Origin: a bacterium
GTDB lineage: Bacteria; UBA8248
DNA: 64,000 bases
Direction of reading: 5' to 3'
NCBI GenBank assembly: GCA_965213685.1
Contig: CBDBZY010000018.1
Coordinates: 160,001 to 224,000 of the forward strand
Translations under genes and position numbers: made by a program
Shown here: piece after piece, positions 1 through 17,745 of the stretch
Numbering within the stretch: the stretch's first letter is position 1
Layout: each line of letters starts with the position of its first letter
Notes under the pieces: model-generated
Database searches by the model: none
What the model saw: only the letters and a program-made list of their open reading frames with translations
What the model was told of the DNA's origin: nothing

Positions 1-954
1 TCCCATGGATGGGACTTTGAACTCGTGTGAATAGCAGATCCTTTGGTACATTTGTTGATGCGTAGCTCCACGGACGAAGAAGGAAAGGTCGACAAAAAAA
101 CGATGGCCGTTTCGAAAAAGATGAACGTGTGAAGACGTGCGTTTCCAAGACGTTAGAGACTTACATGTACGCGTACCGCTGCATAAGACGATCTTCCAGC
201 TTGCTTGACACAAAGGCAGAAGCGGCATTTCAGGAAGCGAGCAGTGAGTGTGTGCCCTCACTCTCACGCTGTTGACAGTCTCTCTCACTGACGAACGTTA
301 GACATTAGACAGTGTTGGTGTCAGTCTTATACATGTCTACTCACTTGCTCTGCATACGCACATTATGCATACATATTGCTGTACATGTACATGTTACGTT
401 GTCTCTACTACTGCTACATGTACCATCTTTCATTTTCTTGTTATACCTCATTCCTCTACCTCAAACTTTGTCTATTCTATTCCTATTCCTATCACATATT
501 GAGAGCCGCTAGTTATATGCACGTCTTGCGTATACATGCACATTTCTATTTACTCTCCCTCCCTCCCTCCCTCCTCACTATCTCTGCCCTTCTCATTGAC
601 AAGGACATTTTGATATTTTAGTATTACTGCCAGTCAAAAGAATGTTCCAACATACACATATACATGTAAATCCTGTTGGAGAACAATGCTCTCTTGCCAG
701 ACTGTACTAACTGTTGTTAACTGTGATGTCATCTGTGTATCTCTTTATATCATGTATAGTGATGTAATGGTGTAGGCTTATTTAGAACTTTGTGTTGGCT
801 GTGTAGTTCCAGCCACATGTTCATAAGAGTCAGTGCAATCACTTATTGTCAAAGCTGAGTCAGTCGCAAGTGCTTCTCTTTGCAACATACCCATCCCTTA
901 ATTACACCATTCACATTTCACTTGGTATATTCCTTCCCCACAACCACATGCATG

Positions 955-1110
<156 letters not shown>

Positions 1111-1260
1111 CTCACATACAAGATACAACCCCCTGTGACACCTTACCTTTTACCTTCACCTTCAGCTGATACCAATTCTTCCTCTTCCTTCCCCCACTTC
1201 CCCCCTTTGTTCCTCATCCTTACCTTTCTCCCTCTCCTGCTCACCCACCAAGATAAGATA

Positions 1261-6447
<5,187 letters not shown>

Positions 6448-7635
6448 GGCTGGATCTGGGGAGAGGGAGGAGGGGGAGATAGCCACTGAGTGGAGTTTCA
6501 CATGCACACAATTACTCATGTACAGTGTATGTGTGTGAGCATATGCATGTCTTGTCCAATTTCAAACACAGTGAAGCTTGTAAGCTACATACACTTGTGC
6601 ATGTGCTGTGGGCATACTTCAACACACCTGTGTATCAGTTGATGGGAGAGTGTTTCTAGCTGTGTAAGCCAAGCTAGGCAAATGCACTCTAGTGTTGTGT
6701 GCAGGCTCTTTTAGTCCATTCCGCATGCAGGTGGCAGGTGGTTGCTAAGTTGGGGAAATCCCATCATGTAGCCCTTCTGTCTAACTCCACCCTTAAAGTG
6801 GTCTCTAGAGTGGGGGAAATCCCACAATGTTGCGCTAGCTCTTTTGTTTTGCTCTGCTTTCAATTCTCTGCTAATATGCTTGCATGAGGAAATCGCTTCA
6901 TGCTATGGATTTAGTGGCAGCATACAAGGACGTTCTGGGACCTTCTAAGTTCTAACATTACTGGAAGTGTGACTGTGGACATTAGCATGATGGGGTAGGA
7001 GTATGCAGCAAGGAATGGTACAGTAGTGGGTTCAAGTGGTAGAAAACTGTGATGAGAAACCAAGTCAAGAGGTAAAGGCACGCTCAGGGTTTTATACCTA
7101 CTCTTAGGGGAGGGGCTTGCTCAGATACACGACGGAGCTGAAGACAAATATATCTCGAGCGTTCAGGGCTCAAGAATCCGAGCGCTTTATGCTCAGCAGA
7201 GCAAAGGCTAGGGCCGCGTTTGCCCATGTCAGGAAGCAAGTGACGTTCGGACAGGCGATGGGGAAAGGGCGCTCGGACGTATGACGAGATAAGGGCTGAA
7301 AGAGCTAGGCTTCAGACAACTCTAGTCCTACCATGCAATCACAAGAGTAAGAAATTTCGCCACTTGTTCCCACAGTGGTACATGTACATTGTGGCCCTGC
7401 GCTCGCTGCCGGCAGCGCATATGGTACTAAGGTAGGCGGGAGGTGTATACTCGAAACTTTTATAGCTTTGACTGTAAGCTTACTGTGGCTCACACTTTTC
7501 TGTGTTTTCCTAGCCAGTTGAATGCGCTCTTTGTTTTCCCTTGCGCAGGGCGAGGTTCACTCTGATCTGTCCCACCCTTTGCTCAATAGTATCCTAGAAG
7601 TATGCGGATATGGACGACAGTGAGTGTTGTGCAAA

Positions 7636-7644
7636 ACCGGAAGT
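7636..7644. promoter_or_regulatory. ETS/GABP-type motif ACCGGAAGT in the putative promoter of Kelch paralog A
   Basis: Conserved in both copies (53470-53478) within an otherwise diverged CpG-rich upstream region; paralog homology ends just beyond it. Confidence 0.45.
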
Positions 7645-8193
7645 TTTATGGGAAATATGAATATTGCTGTACATAGGAAGTCTATTATCTAAACTCCTAC
7701 ACTCCAGAAACCCACGTCCACCATTGCGATCCGCCACATGGCCTGCGCGCGAAAGCATGAAAGCATAATTTGGTTACTAGTATACGCTGTCAGTTCAATG
7801 GCTAGTGCTGCATCCACAGGTTGTAAAGTACACGTCATACCAACAACTGATCGTCTGCGCTAAACTATAAAGTAACAATTTTCCTGTGACTTCAGCTACA
7901 CAAACATTATACATTTTTTTCAAATACCCTCCGGTTCCATGTGTTCAGATAAGTGACTTCCTACAGTAGCTTTTCACGTGTGACGGCGCGTCTTCGACAA
8001 ACAAGCCACGCGGAGCCACGCCTTCCGTGGCTCCGCGAGGCTGCGAAGCAGAGGGCCACACTGCGACTTATAATTAATATCAGACTCAAAGTCATTGAAG
8101 GAAATATATGTTCTGCAAACTTTAGCTGTGGCATGCCAACGTTTCAGTGTTGGAAACTCCAGAAGGCGAGGGAGCTAGAGAAAGCTGGTTGCG

Positions 8194-9486
8194 ATGCCGC
8201 CGAAGCGATGTGGAACGCCGAGATGGGCTACAACAAGGGGAGCTGTCGCTGCCAGTGGGAGCCGGGCAAAGTGCGATTTGTGCCTTGCGAATATTGTTGA
8301 GGGCAAGGACGAAGCGTTGCAGTGCGAGGGTGCCTGCCAGCAGTGGTTTCACCGTTATTGTGCAGGAGTATCCCAGGGCCATTTCAAGACTCTAACCACC
8401 AGTGACAGTCCTTTTGTTTGTCTGTACTGCTCTCGCGATCTGCGCCAAGCTGCTCTCAACCAACTTCAAGACGAAGTAAGAACTCTGAAAACAGTGGTTG
8501 GTGAGTTGCTGGCTGCATGTGACTTGGAAGTGGTCCGTGGTATTGCAAGCAAAAGTGACCTCCTTACTGCCCTAACTGAGGAGGTTCAGCAGCTGAAAGT
8601 TCAGTGTGAGAGTGCTCGAGCTCAGCTTGCACTAGTAGATCGAACTACCCATTGTGTTTCATCCCAGTCCTCCCCCAGTACCAGTGGCAATTCAGCCTGG
8701 CAGGTTGTCCCTAGTAAGGAGAGTAAGCATAAGAGTTCGAGGTCATCCCAGAGGCACTCTACTCTTGCGTCCCATCCTAAGAGCTATCCTAGGCACTATG
8801 TTAAAGTTGAGGGAGCTAGGAAGGTCTGGGGTACCATGAGGAATACCTCAGCTTCTGCTGTGGCTAACACTATTAAGTCCCTCACTACTCTCTCTGCATC
8901 CCAAAATGATCTGATTATTAAGAGGAAATATAAGAGAGCACACAATGACCAGAAGCGTGTGGTAAAGTGGTGGTTTGTCATTAGAGGAGATGAGAAACTG
9001 CTGGAGAAGTTAGATCACCAGTGGAACTTGGTTGCTGTGCAGACTGCTTGGCAACTTCAGCCACTGCAGTGTTTCCTTGAAGCCAGAAATGATGCCTCGG
9101 CTTCAGCTTCTCCTGCTGGTGAAAGTTGGGATGGCCTGGCTCCCTTGGAAGCATTTCAGGATCCTAGCAACAAAAACAATGCTGATGAAGCCACAAGCAC
9201 TCATGAACAGTCTGGGAACAATGGAGGGAGTTCCATAACTTGTGAGTCTAACAGAACCTGCATAGCTTCCAACACATCTCCAGCTGGTTCAGCAAGTTCA
9301 GATGCCTTGCCACCCCAGAAGTCCATTCAGATCCCTGACAACAGTGACAGTGCTAAAGAAGTCATTAACACGGACGTTCAGTCTGGGCACAATGGGAAGA
9401 ATTCCATTATAGCCGCATCTAACAGAACCAGTACCACTTCTGATACTCCTTTTTTAGGACCCTCTCCTTCAGCTGTGGTCCCTTAA
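8194..9486 (+). CDS. LINE ORF1 protein (PHD finger, coiled coil, conserved RKVWGT...KWWFVI domain)
   Basis: 430-aa ATG-initiated ORF. CDLC...CEGACQQWFHRYC...CLYC is a C4HC3 PHD pattern typical of CR1 ORF1. Confidence 0.85.
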   Translation: MPPKRCGTPRWATTRGAVAASGSRAKCDLCLANIVEGKDEALQCEGACQQWFHRYCAGVSQGHFKTLTTSDSPFVCLYCSRDLRQAALNQLQDEVRTLKTVVGELLAACDLEVVRGIASKSDLLTALTEEVQQLKVQCESARAQLALVDRTTHCVSSQSSPSTSGNSAWQVVPSKESKHKSSRSSQRHSTLASHPKSYPRHYVKVEGARKVWGTMRNTSASAVANTIKSLTTLSASQNDLIIKRKYKRAHNDQKRVVKWWFVIRGDEKLLEKLDHQWNLVAVQTAWQLQPLQCFLEARNDASASASPAGESWDGLAPLEAFQDPSNKNNADEATSTHEQSGNNGGSSITCESNRTCIASNTSPAGSASSDALPPQKSIQIPDNSDSAKEVINTDVQSGHNGKNSIIAASNRTSTTSDTPFLGPSPSAVVP

Positions 9487-12336
9487 GTTCTTACCCTATT
9501 GATAATTCTGTTCATGTTAGTAGTGAAGGTATTAGTTTATTGTATTTTAATGTACGTAGTTTACTCCCTAAGATAGATCACCTTAGAGCCATTTGTCATC
9601 TGTCGTCCCCTGATATCATTTGTATTGTCGAGTCTTGGTTGGACAGTACTATTGCTGATACCGAGATTTTTATTCAGGGATACTCTATTGTCAGGCTAGA
9701 CCGCTCCAGACATGGCGGGGGTGTTATAATTTTTGTAAAGGGCCAGTTTACACTTACTCCTCTGTACAGAGGTTCACCTGACTTTGAGTGCCTTATTGTG
9801 TCCATTAAAAGTGTCGTTGATGTTCCAAGTCATAGCTTCACAGTGGCTCTCTTTTATAGACCTCCCAATTCTAGCTCTGTTCTTTTGGATTTTTTGTTTG
9901 TCACTCTGTGTAAAAGTTTTGTTTTAAGTTCCTCTAGGCTATTTTTAGTTGGTGACTTTAATATAGATTTTTCAGTTCCATGTACTTGTTTGTATCGGAA
10001 ACTATTTTCTGTTATATCATCTTTTAATCTTACTCAAGTTGTTTCTGAGCCTACTCGAGTGTCCAAAACTTCTTCCTCACTTATTGACCTTATTTTTGTG
10101 TCATCTATGGTCTCTGTTTTGTCCTGTACTACTGTTCCCCCTCTTGCAAATGGGGATCACTATGGACTACAACTTTTGTTTACTATGCCTTTTCACAGTT
10201 ATCAAGTCAAGCACTTTACAAGAAAGATCTGGCGATATGCCCTTGCAGATTTTGACCGTGCCAATGAGCTGCTAGACACAATCGACTGGGATTCCCTGTT
10301 GCCCCAAGATGATGTGAACACTTATTGGGCAGCCTGGAAAATGTATTTTCTTCAAATCATGGAGATTTGTATACCCAGTGGAAAGGTCAAAGTCAGAAGG
10401 AACCTTCCATGGATAAACAAAGAAGTTCTGGATGCGATTAGAAAAAGAAATACGTTATTCCGTTTTGCCAAGCGTAGTGGTAAACCCTCTGACTTTGCCA
10501 AGTACAAAGCCAAGCGAAATGAAGTTGTTTTCATCCTTCGTAAAAGTAAGCAGTCATTTTTTAATCAGAACTTGAACAATGCTGACACAAAAACCTTTTG
10601 GAAAATAGTAAGACTTTTGAATGGCAGTTCTTCATCTATTCCAACCTTGCTAGATGTTGCTAACTCTGCCAGTATGGAATCCAGCTCAGCTAAAGCAGAT
10701 GGTTTGAACAAATACTTCTACACCTGCTTCAATCATAATCATCCTCCTCTAACTACTTTAGATAATGACCTGGACCTCATCTATGGTTCCCTCTGTCCTC
10801 AAAGCTGTCCTGTCGAGCTTCTGTGTACTGAGGAGGCAGTTCTAGAACTGTTGGTAGGTCTGGACATATCTAAATCTTGTGGTAATGATGGCATCTCACC
10901 AAGAATGCTGAAGTCCACATCTTTTAGCATTACTTCATCATTGTGTAGACTGTTTAATCTGTCCATTTCTACTGGTCAGTTTCCAAGTGCTTGGAAAGTA
11001 GGAAGAATCACCCCAATTCCTAAGGGATCTAACAAGACACTTCCATCGGGATACAGGCCCATATCAGTTCTCCCTGTGGTCAGCAAGCTTATTGAGCGTC
11101 ATGTTAAAGCAGTTCTTGAGACCTGTCTGCAGACGAATGCACCAATCTCTGCAAAGCAGTGGGGCTTCATGTGTGGCAGATCTACAGTGTCAGCACTCAT
11201 TCGAGTGGTGGATGACTGGCAGAGAGCTCTGGACCAGGGCAATGAAGTGTGCGCTGTATTTTTTGATATATCCAAAGCTTTTGACACAGTGCCCCACTTG
11301 CCACTGCTTCATACCCTGATAGAAATTGGCATACCCCTACCTAATTAGGTGGATTTATAGCTACCTGGCAGGGAGATCACAGTTTGTGTGTGTTGATGGA
11401 TGCATCTCCAACAAGTTGTCTGTCCTCTCTGGTGTTCCACAAGGCTCTGTGCTTGGCCCGTTGTTGTTCATCTGCTACATCAATGACATAGCGACAGCAA
11501 TTTCCTCTGACAGTGAAATAAACATGTGTGCTGATGACATAGCACTGTATCGCGTAATCAAAACAAGAATGGATTATGTTCATTTGCAGAATGATATTAA
11601 CTCCATCTCTTCATGTCTTGAACAAAAACACCTGCGATTCAATGCTGCAAAATGCAAGATAATGTTCATCTCAAGAAAGAGAGTAAACTCCTTGTCTCCA
11701 CCACCTCTGGAACTGAATGGAACTCTTTTGGACAGTGTTTCCAGTTATAAGTATCTGGGAGTAACACTTACTTCTGACTTGTCTTGGTCCCTTCACATTG
11801 CCAACTGCTGTAATACAACTCGTAGACTCATTGGACTTCTATACAGACAATTCTATCAACATACATCCCCTCCATGTCTCTTAAGGCTCTATAAGAGCTT
11901 CATTCGACCTCACCTGGAATATGCATCTGTTGTCTGGAACCCTTACTATAGGGGGGAAATTGCAGCTCTGGAAAGTGTACAAAAGTTTGCTCTTCGAGTC
12001 TGCCTGAAGTCATGGGATACCAACTATGATGAACTTCTTTCTGCTGCTGACATTCCTTCTCTCCAACACAGACGCATCCAACAAAGCCTTTGCCATCTTT
12101 TCAAAATTATTAATGGACTGATAGATTTTCCATCTGCACCAACACTTCCTCGAGTCAGCCTTTATGGCACTCGTTCAGCAGGCAAACCAGTCTTTCTTAT
12201 TCCTAAGTTTAGAACCAGTCCTTATCAATTTTCATTTTTTCCTAATGCATTATCATTTTGGAACAGTTTGCCTAGAGATATTTTTGACTGCCATTCTTTC
12301 TTTTCTTTTAAGAGGTCTGTATTACATCACTTATAA
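9444..12336 (+). pseudogene. LINE ORF2 (AP endonuclease + reverse transcriptase), disabled by a frameshift near 11334 and YADD>CADD
   Basis: APE motifs YFNVRSL, IVESWL, VGDFNID, IDLIF, GDH. RT motifs YRPISVL, FFDISKAFDTV, GVPQGSVLGP, CADD, YKYLGV. Frame is open from 9444 after a TGA. Confidence 0.92.
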
Positions 12337-14431
12337 CTACTTGCTTCTTTCTTTTTCATCTGTGAGGGTGCACTATGTATTAGCTTCTAGCTATTTGTGT
12401 ATCCTGTGCTTTGGCATAAACTATTACAATAAAAAAATAAAAATAAAAAAAATAAACAAAAGGACTAGTATTGGAGGACCTAATATAGTTCTTGGGATGG
12501 GATGACACAGCCCACACTTAGCCATCATTAAGAAAATGTAATAGTCCTTGGATACTAAGGCTTATATATGCATATATGTACATGAAACTTATGGGTCTGA
12601 TATGTTTTAGTTCGCCGGGTAGTTTTGTTGTTTCCCAATGTATACGTTCTTGACTTTTTGTTTTGTAATAATGTACATCTTTATGTTTTGTACTGTATAT
12701 TTCGTCTTTATGGTCTAGTGAAGTATGAGGGTAAGTGAGAAAAGTGTATGTCCTGTGGAGGGTGGCATGCGTTTTCCAGGGGCTGGGAGTATGTGTTCTA
12801 TCTGTGAGAGTGGGTATTTACTGGAGAATCATGGGCTGTGCTTGTTTGTAAAGCAGAGTATAATTTACTACACAGGTGTTCTTAGAGGTGTGTGTGTGTG
12901 TGTGTGTGGGGGGGGGGGGAGTAAAACACACACAATAATTGTTATGTATGTACCTATTGATTAAGAGTTAATGTATCATACTGAAATGTATTCATATCAG
13001 CAGCAGCAAATCCATAAAATCATTGCCAACCACCACAATAACCTATAAGCATGCATTTGACATGTCACTTGCCTTTTCAACACTGTTTCTTGTACTTTGC
13101 ACATACATTAATTTTATGCATACGATTACGGGTATGTATTTTCATTATATTATTATCTGGGGCTAAAGCTGGGCTGGAGAATGTTAGCTAGGGAAGGGAG
13201 AGAGGGTGATAACAGTCCCCTTCCCCTTTTCCCCATCTGCACTTGAAACCCTGGTTGAGGTCATGTGCAGTGGGCAATCAGAATAGCTACAACCAGTTAC
13301 GTGATTGCCAACTGCAGGTTTTCTGCATGAGCATGAGATGCAGGAAGCTGTGGCAATGCATCCCTTTTTTCACCCCTTACTGGTGTGCAGCAAAGGTACA
13401 CAGTACACATACTTCATCTCACAGAACATTCTGTGGGGGATTGAGTACAAACGTCCCCTCTCACAGGACCCCCCCCACACACACACCATTTCTCAAAGAC
13501 TGGGGCCTGAAACCAAGTGCACTATTACAAAACACCCATCATCCCCCAAACTGTAATTATATTGACAGGATTACGTTGGTTTGTACAGGCAGATTTTAAG
13601 AATATTTTTAAATGCTCACGAAACTCCCACCCGGAAGCATAGCATAGTACATATGCGTAGTACATAGCGTGAAGACCTGCCCTGGCTGACCCTGGCCCCG
13701 CTTCGGTATCCATAAGCCATGTAGATCTATATACATGTATGTACATGTACGTGTAGATGATGGCTCGTGATCGTCTGGGGACACGGTTGGTCGAAGATCG
13801 GAGTGGCCGTGAAGGTCCCTATACACAGTTGGCCTAAGAGTGAGGATCGCAGCTGAACGGATAAAGACTACAAGACTGTCGACAGACTGAGTGAATTTTT
13901 CCGTGTTTAAGGGCTACCTTTTGCCAGTTACTACGTGAAACTGGGCCTACTCCCGTGGGACGCGGCGCAGCCTGTTGATATTTAGTCAGGTGTCTGCCAA
14001 CATGAGCACTAGAAAGGGGCAGGCCTGCTGAGCTGTGATTGTGTGAGGTGTATGTAGTTAGGTGCGTTGTGTTGTTCCGAGCGTCCATTGGCCCTCACAT
14101 TTGACACTACTTGTATAGTGCAATGCTCAGGCACGTACATGTATGCATGAACATGCCAGTCGGAAGTGAATAGTTCATGTGCAGTGTATGTGCACTGTTC
14201 ATGTGCAGTGCAGTGCTCTGGTACTGCATCTTAGATGAACATGAACATGCCAGTCTGAAGTGAATGCATGTGCCTAGCTTTTGTGTGTGTGTTTGTGTGT
14301 CTTGTGTATGGATGATATAGATGGTCCACTTGGGTGGTGAGATTTGGTGCACCGTCAAAGATCTTTAAGCCCCATTCCCAACTCTCAAGGTTGGGCATGT
14401 GGACCATCTGCCTTCTATTCTGAGTTCTGTT

Positions 14432-14487
<56 letters not shown>

Positions 14488-14489
14488 CT

Positions 14490-14632
14490 TTCTAAGCCAA
14501 TGAAGCTGCTGTACATATCTATTTTTCTAAACCATTGAGGTTGTTCTAAGCCGTTGAGGTTGCTAATATTTCTAAGCCATTGAGGCTGATTTCCAGTTAT
14601 TAAACTATATATTTCTAAGCCGCTGAGGTTGT
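14490..14632. repeat. Degenerate minisatellite, ~5 copies of TTCTAAGCCRTTGAGGTTG with variable spacing, next to (TA)n 14434-14483
   Basis: Seen directly. Confidence 0.7.
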
Positions 14633-15239
14633 TGTGGATTTTAGTTTGTTGTATAGCGTGTGGTTCTTTCTTTCTTTGTTCTCTTTCTCTTTCTGCTTAT
14701 TGTGGTGCACTATGCACGTGATTGTTCATGTAGAGTGTAGCAGTGTGCGAGTGGCCAAAGTGTACTGGGCTGAGTATATGTGTCACAAGACCTGTAAACT
14801 TAGACCTCCTTTAGACAAGCCAGCCTTCATGGCCACCTGTGTATTCGATAGCTGTGTGCCGTGTACATTTAGATCTGCATGTAGGTACTGATACACACCA
14901 TTTCTGTTCCATTAGCCTCGCAATGGCAGGTTTTGATGTGGTGTGTTAGTTGCCAGATCTCTGGACATTGGGAGCATGTGTAGTGGGACGCAGGTTGAGG
15001 AATAGACCCATTGAAAATGAATATGCAGCTGCCATGTATAAACACCACATCACTGCCAAACACGGCATTGTTAGCTTCACGCATGTCATCATGCATGTCA
15101 TCATGATCATGCATCTGATCCTCAACCCAAGGCAATGCAAAGCAGCTGTAACTACGGCTGAAGATAGCTCTTGGAAGAAATGAGATGTGTCTCAGGTACA
15201 TGTAGAACTGGAACATGTGCCATACTGCACACTGCGTAT

Positions 15240-15365
15240 ATGCTCCACCAACTGAGCCACTGAGGCAGCTTAGCTGGGTGGGCTGCTGGGTGGGCTGAAT
15301 ATTTAAGAGTTATACAAGGGCAATGGCGTCTCTCCTGTTAGACAGGGCAGCTCTTAACTTAGCAA
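15240..15365 (-). repeat. tRNA-related interspersed repeat fragment; same family as 19805-19925
   Basis: Reverse complement matches AGTTAAGAGCTGCCCTG...CCCTTGTATAA...GCTGCC..GT.G.TCAGT.GGTGGAGCA at 19805-19925. Confidence 0.6.
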
Positions 15366-17135
15366 TATGTACACACTACACTGTAGTGTGGTCCACTGCC
15401 CTTAATGCTCTTGTTCATAAAACATGTCATAATTGTGTCCCATGTGGTGGCCACTCCACTGCCAGTGAGACCTGATATTGGCAGACCCATCCTGCACTAT
15501 AGTTAGCACACCTGACCAGAGAGCTGGGGCAGTATGCACATTGTACGTTTTGGGAGGGAGGGGGGGACACAAACAATGTGCCCTCCTTGGCTGTACAGGA
15601 TGTTTACACCACTTATTTACCTCTCAATCTTTACTGTTTACTGTTTGGTCACCTTTGCCTCTCCCCCCAAAGTTCCTAGCTCCATGGCTCACTCGTGGCT
15701 CCAAAGAGGCAGCACAGCCCCCCCTCCCCCAGGGAGAGCTCTGGCATGTGCTGCAGTACATGTACATGTCCACGTGCAGCTTATCTTATTCATGTACATG
15801 TACATGCACTCGTACTACTGCACTGCCTTAAAGTAGCTTCATGAGGCACATGTGCCCGTCACAGGCAACATAACCATGTACATGTACATGTGTGTACATG
15901 TACCTGTACTAATATACTGTCTTTTGAGACGTCCTCTTCTCCCTCCCTCCCTTCCCTAATGTCTCAGCTCAGGTGGCATCGCAGTCAGGGCTCACATGTA
16001 CCTGTGCATGTACATGTAGTCGCAATGCTTTGTGTGAAACAGCTGTAGAATGTTTTGAGTGTCTGTGGTCGTTGTGTTATCCCATCTCATCCCTGCACTG
16101 CTGGCTTTGTGGGGGCTCCCTACGATGTATATACATGAAGTTTTGTAATGGATGATTTTCTGGAAGCCGCAATCACCCTTCCTCCCTCCTCCTCTCCTGT
16201 GGTGGCTGTATCACCCCATCCCATCCCAGCACTGCTGGCTTTAGGGTTTGAGGTGGGGGTTTCCCTAGGATGTACATGTGGTTATGTAACAGATGATTTT
16301 CTGGAAACCGCAATCACTCAGGCTGATGTGTGGTACATGTACTTACAGCAGTGCTGCAACCACAGCAGCTTATGCAGTCACAGCAGTGAGTGGGGGATGA
16401 GAGCCAGCCACCTTTGGAACAGCTGTCTGCTGCTTCCCCAGCTTGCTCTAGCTCACCTCGACCTGCATGGCCTGAGGGATAACTCTTGGTGTGCATGCAC
16501 CAGAGGGGTAATTACTTTAGTTGTCCTGTGTGTCTTCTGTCTGCCTGTCTGTCTGTCTGTCTGTCTGCAGGAGCTAATCTGCAGACTGGTGCTAGTAGAC
16601 ATCTAACCGAAGGCACTAGCAGGTTGAGTGGCACATTTTTCCCAAGAATAAGAATCCTTTTCTCTAAACCTGCTTTATTGGAAGGTTAGCATATTAAACT
16701 TACCAGGACCAAGCCAGCTCGAGTCCACTATTTTGTTCATGTTGCAATGTTTTGTATACCGTTCCATTTCATGTCCGAAAAGCTAATGCAGTTATGGTCC
16801 TTCATAGGTGCATGCATGTACGAGACTGCAATAGTGTGCACACGTGTACGTACACTGACCATACAACATGCAAGACAAGGCAGGACACTAGACTATAGCC
16901 CAGTTGAGTTGACGTAAACCGACAATGCTTGCATTGTCTGTACAGGCTGTTGTAGCATGCAATGAAACTGTGCTGAGGGTTTGTACTTTGGTGCTTTTCA
17001 TTTCATCTTGTTCACTGGTCTACTGCACATAAATCTACACATATATGATTGTATAGTAATATTGTCACTGTGTGCAGCTGTTTACATGTACACTGGACAT
17101 GTTTTTGTAGGTTATGTACACTTTACACATGTATG

Positions 17136-17745
17136 TGTTCCACCGGATGTGCAGCCCAGCAGGTTGATCAGTGGGCAGTCTGGATGCCCAGCCCGTGGGC
17201 CAGCTGTACAACTGGATATGCGTCCAGTTGTGCAGCCCTGTCTCAAAGCTCGAGAAAAGTGTACACTGCCCACTTCACGTAGGTGTAGAGTCAGTTGTCT
17301 CTGTTACAAACCAAGCTGAAAGAGAGGGACAAACGAATACATCAGTGGTTGTGCTACCAGGCAGCGGTCCGGTTATCTAACTGGCTGTCACGAGTCTCAA
17401 CCACAGGAGGTACAACATGTTTTGGGTTGGTATGCAGTGGATTCAGCTCCAAATGCACTCCTAACATGAAGAGTTTGGGCCTGGAAAGAGCTAAAAAGGA
17501 CTTACGTTTGTACGTTCATCACATTTGTTACACCACAGGACATTACGAGACAACCTACCAATATTTGTAGCAGAATATTCTGTCCAAAGACATTTGGTCT
17601 CTCTCTCCTCTACCATTCTAACTGACTTAACAGTATTATCTCTTGATACGCAAAATCACACTCTGGTTGACTGACCGGGCATCCGGTTGTTCAACCGGAT
17701 GCCCTGTTGTTCAACAGAACAGGGGTTGCGCATCCGGGTGGAACA
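17136..17745. mobile_element. Non-autonomous DNA transposon (MITE) with subterminal CCGGATG repeats
   Basis: Imperfect TIRs TGTTCCACCGGATGTGCAGCCC / GGGGTTGCGCATCCGGGTGGAACA; perfect 13-bp-stem palindrome at 17677-17704. Confidence 0.6.

Larger units (their letters stand above)
8140..12461 (+). mobile_element. Near full-length CR1/L2-group LINE (element 1); 5' boundary approximate
   Basis: ORF1 with PHD finger, ORF2 with APE endonuclease and RT, short 3' UTR with stem-loop, A-rich tail 12428-12461. Confidence 0.92.

Noticed and set aside
1143-1260. Additional Kelch coding exon (K/E/G-rich)
   Set aside because: It would need a ~50-bp intron, and the best donor gives an immediate stop; read-through to TAG at 1261 is simpler. 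Unresolved without RNA data.
14490-14632. Short repeats with variable spacers resembling a CRISPR array
   Set aside because: Repeats are degenerate, spacers very uneven (0-~30 bp), there are no cas genes and the context is eukaryotic.
14869-15216. Overlapping ORFs of 64-115 aa
   Set aside because: No recognisable motif or splice support.
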